A stretch of DNA of 64,000 nt from the human T2T-CHM13v2.0 reference genome, Homo sapiens: assembly GCF_009914755.1 (NCBI RefSeq), contig NC_060927.1. One strand, 5' to 3'. The notes beneath the pieces were generated by a model. That model did no database searches. It worked only from the letters and a program-made list of their open reading frames with translations, and was not told the origin of the DNA. The translations under genes were made by a program, and so were the position numbers. Shown here one piece after another: positions 61,009 to 64,000 of this stretch; position 1 is the first letter of the stretch, and the number at the start of each line of letters is the position of its first letter.

Positions 61009-64000
61009 CCAGAGCCACTTGCAGACATCACGGCAGGGGATGAGGAGCCGGGGTTGCTGCTGCTGCTTCCGGTGGCCCCTGGGGTGGAAGTGGGGTAGGG
61101 GAAGAGGAGGGGCAGGAGGGAGAGTTCCTGTGAGCATGTGGGGGGTGCCTTTCCTTTAACCAGGGAGGTGAACACTACCTGCCTCCTGCGTGTATTTTCC
61201 AAGTGCTTTTCTCTGTTGCCACATTTTCCTCAGGTTACTCAGGAAAATGCTCCAGCATGTGCGAGCACATGACCTGAGGTTGCATCATAGCACCAAAGGA
61301 ATCCTCCTGTCCCCTCTGGGAACATTTCATGCTTCAGAGGGAGAGGTTTTTATTGAGCTTGTTTCACAATATCCCCTTGAAGGGACAGCTCAGCTGCCAA
61401 TACATTCAACCCTTTCTCTTCCTTCAGGAAAATACCTATACCCAAATGTTCCCTCCCCCGACATATATCATGGCATGATTTAAGGCTTCTTTTCACCTGA
61501 GAGCTTCAGTTCTTCTGCAGAATGGCTGCAAATTTAATTGCATTAAGGCAAGAAGGAAGCTCTAATGTGTGCTTTGTATCCTAAGATAAATTTGCTTAGA
61601 AAACCAGAGTCAAGATTTGAAATAGGTGAGGCAGGGTTTCCTCCTTAGACACTGACAGCATTCTCTGTACCCCTTCAAATCCTTACTCTCCTAAAGGCAG
61701 CTGAGTCCGCGACAGAAATTTGCCCTATGTGAGTAAAACATACTTTGGGAGAAGAACTTGGTGCAGGCACCAGGATTTTTTTTTTTGCCCACGTGTTTGC
61801 GCTGTTTTTCTCTGGAGTTCTCAAGAGTTGGTGACTTGGAAGGCCGCTTCTGCAAGGCAAGTCTCAGGAACCCATGCAGGTACATCGCTTGCACCTGTTT
61901 TTAGCTTATTTAATGACGGGCTTTTGGGAAGAGCTGCCCGCATACTGAGAGACAGCTTCTTATAAACAAGGAGAGTTTTTGTGTGTGCGAGATCTCTAAG
62001 CCAGCGTGGGAGGGAGCGCCTCAGGATAAGTTATTATATTCATTTCGTTGGTTTCTCTCCTGCCCAATTCTTGGCACAGGCATTATGTTTGAAGAAACCA
62101 GGATAAGGTACACTGCTTTTGTCTGTTTAATTTTTTTAGTTGTTTCCCTTCACTTTCAGTCTTCCACACACAAAAAATACCTCACAGAGCTTCACCAAAT
62201 CACAGATTCAGGAGGAATTTGGCTTTCACACTGGACTCAGATACCTTCTTCAGTGTGTTGGAAATCACTGGCTTCACACAGGCCCAACTCCAGCTGGTCA
62301 GGGCAGAGTGATCGTAACTAAAGGTCAGTGGGGAATAGATCCGATTCAGTGCTTTTGCCTTATGCATTTCAGCATCCTGGCTCCCCAGGGTGGCAGGAGC
62401 TGAGGGAGGGCCACACACTGGCAAGATTTCAAGACCACTCTCTGCACTGAAGAGGTAAAATTTGCACTGCAAGTCACATCCCTGAGGCCAGAGGTCAGTA
62501 CCCTTTGGTATTTCGATTAGAAGAAGCTGCAAAAGAAAGGCAGCCCATTTTACCATTGCCAGCCAGGCCGGGGACACAGGAGCCGGTGTGTGCACTCTGC
62601 CTCCTCACCTTGCACCCAGAGCAAGAGGACTGGGTGCTGGGCTGCAGAGGCCGGTCAGTGGAGCCCCTAGCACGTGTGAACTCAGGCTTTTCATTGGGCC
62701 CGGCTCCACTTCTAGGCCATGTTTTGACTCATTTGGTAACCATTGCCTGTAAGCAGCACAGAATTGGTGCCATGGATTATCTTTTCCATGTTGATGGAAT
62801 TCATTCTGTTGGAATCCTTTGGCCAGATGTCACTTCAGCCAGGGTGTGCATCATCATTGGTTCTTTTTCACAGGCTGAGCCTCCTGAAAACCCATGAACG
62901 CTGGGGCTGGGGAAGTGAACCCTGAGGTGGGGACCCTCTCTTCCCATCAAATCATCCAGCTCAGTGTGGGGCGTGGCAGGGGGGTAAATGAAGCCAGCCA
63001 ATGTGTTAACCTGTCTCTGTCAACCTAAGAATGTTGGCCTTACTGACACACCTTTGCTCCATGTTCAAGACCAGAAGTAGCTGGGATTTGTTTGCAAATT
63101 GGGTAATTAGTTTAAAAATCTGTGATTACATTTTTAAATGAAATTTTCAAAGTGGCCTAGATTGAGGTGATTCAGATAGGTTTGCGAATATACCATTTTA
63201 TATTGTTGAGAAAGAACAAAAAGGGAATTTCCAGATGTCCTAGAAATCCTAGCAACAGATTTCTCTGGTTGTCAGTTTCCCTGGAGAAGGCGCCAGATAG
63301 GAATCTCCAATCAGTTGTTTTTCTCTTCGCTTCAGGCCCTTACACAAAAGCCATGAAGAGATGTTCACCTACCCGGTATTTTAAATGTTCTGTAAATTAT
63401 TAGCCAAATAGAACTGTAATGGGGTTGTATTTATGGGCGCCTAGAAAGAAAACACAAGGACTTGGTAGGCCAGGAAGAAAAGATTTTAAAATTTAGAATG
63501 AATAGCCCTTCTGGGTTTTCTTTTTGACAATTCTTGGACTTGAGGTAAAACAAGGAGGATTGTGGCCGGATTTCAGATCCCAAAGCCAGCCTCCATCTTA
63601 GGCCTTTGCCTCATTGTGCCTTTTAGGTTTTCTTACCCACCGTCTCCTGTTTTGTCTTTTTTTTCTTTTCTCCTACCCCTATCTTGGGACATTCAGAAAC
63701 TGCCTGGGTGGTTTGAGAAGAGACAACCCAGTTTGATCTGCAATACAAGGATCCATTCGTAATCTCTCTCTCACTGATGTTATTCCCCCATCTGCCGTCT
63801 TGGTTCATCTCACCACAGAAGGGCATTTAGTCCTACCCAGCCATCGGCTGCGTATGACAGCAGGATGGCACTTCCCATTTCTCTGTGGTTAGTGCTCGAG
63901 TGAAAACCTCTTTCAGCTGAGTCCTCTGAGGTTCTGCTGTTGAGTCCTGGGTGGCTGATGGAATGATTGAGGAGGTCTGGTCACCCTCAAGCGCCGTCAT
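61009..64000 (+). other. LIMD1: LIMD1 3' UTR (probably continues past the window)
   Basis: Alu-free unique sequence after the stop; no canonical + strand AATAAA/ATTAAA found by eye before the window end. Confidence 0.8.
62105..63440 (-). ncRNA. Possible 3' exons of an antisense lncRNA overlapping the LIMD1 3' UTR (LIMD1-AS1-like)
   Basis: Minus-strand acceptors at 63441-63442 and 62527-62528, donor at 63367-63372, ATTAAA at 62126-62131; an annotated LIMD1-AS1 is recalled here but its exon coordinates are not verified. Confidence 0.35.

Noticed and set aside
61399-63747. Variant poly(A) hexamers (AATACA, AGTAAA, TATAAA) as the LIMD1 3' end
   Set aside because: Weak variants occur by chance and cannot be assigned without 3'-end sequencing

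Overview
This is primate (almost certainly human) genomic DNA holding the 3' part of LIMD1 (Ajuba/Zyxin-family LIM protein) on the + strand. It covers the last ~20 kb of intron 1, coding exons 2-8 (102, 68, 63, 131, 52, 69 and 138 nt) and ~3 kb of 3' UTR that appears to run off the window. All introns are GT-AG and the exon phases chain into one ORF encoding the three C-terminal LIM domains, ending ...STALHQHHF*. The rest is intronic: over 40 Alu copies or fragments, L1 3' fragments, MaLR/ERV solo LTRs and DNA-transposon MITEs (MER53, Tigger4/MER46-like, MER33, MER5). Almost all other ORFs in the track are Alu/L1 or chance ORFs. I see no evidence for a new multi-gene system. The best leads are regulatory: (1) a strong cryptic acceptor/donor pair 129 nt upstream of exon 5 (13-nt poison microexon or in-frame 43-aa insert); (2) a triple AP-1 cluster plus a strong-Kozak in-frame ATG at exon 2; (3) minus-strand splice and poly(A) signals under the 3' UTR; (4) a four-tier G-quadruplex just after the stop codon. 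Repeat subfamily names come from memory of consensus sequences, and repeat boundaries are approximate.
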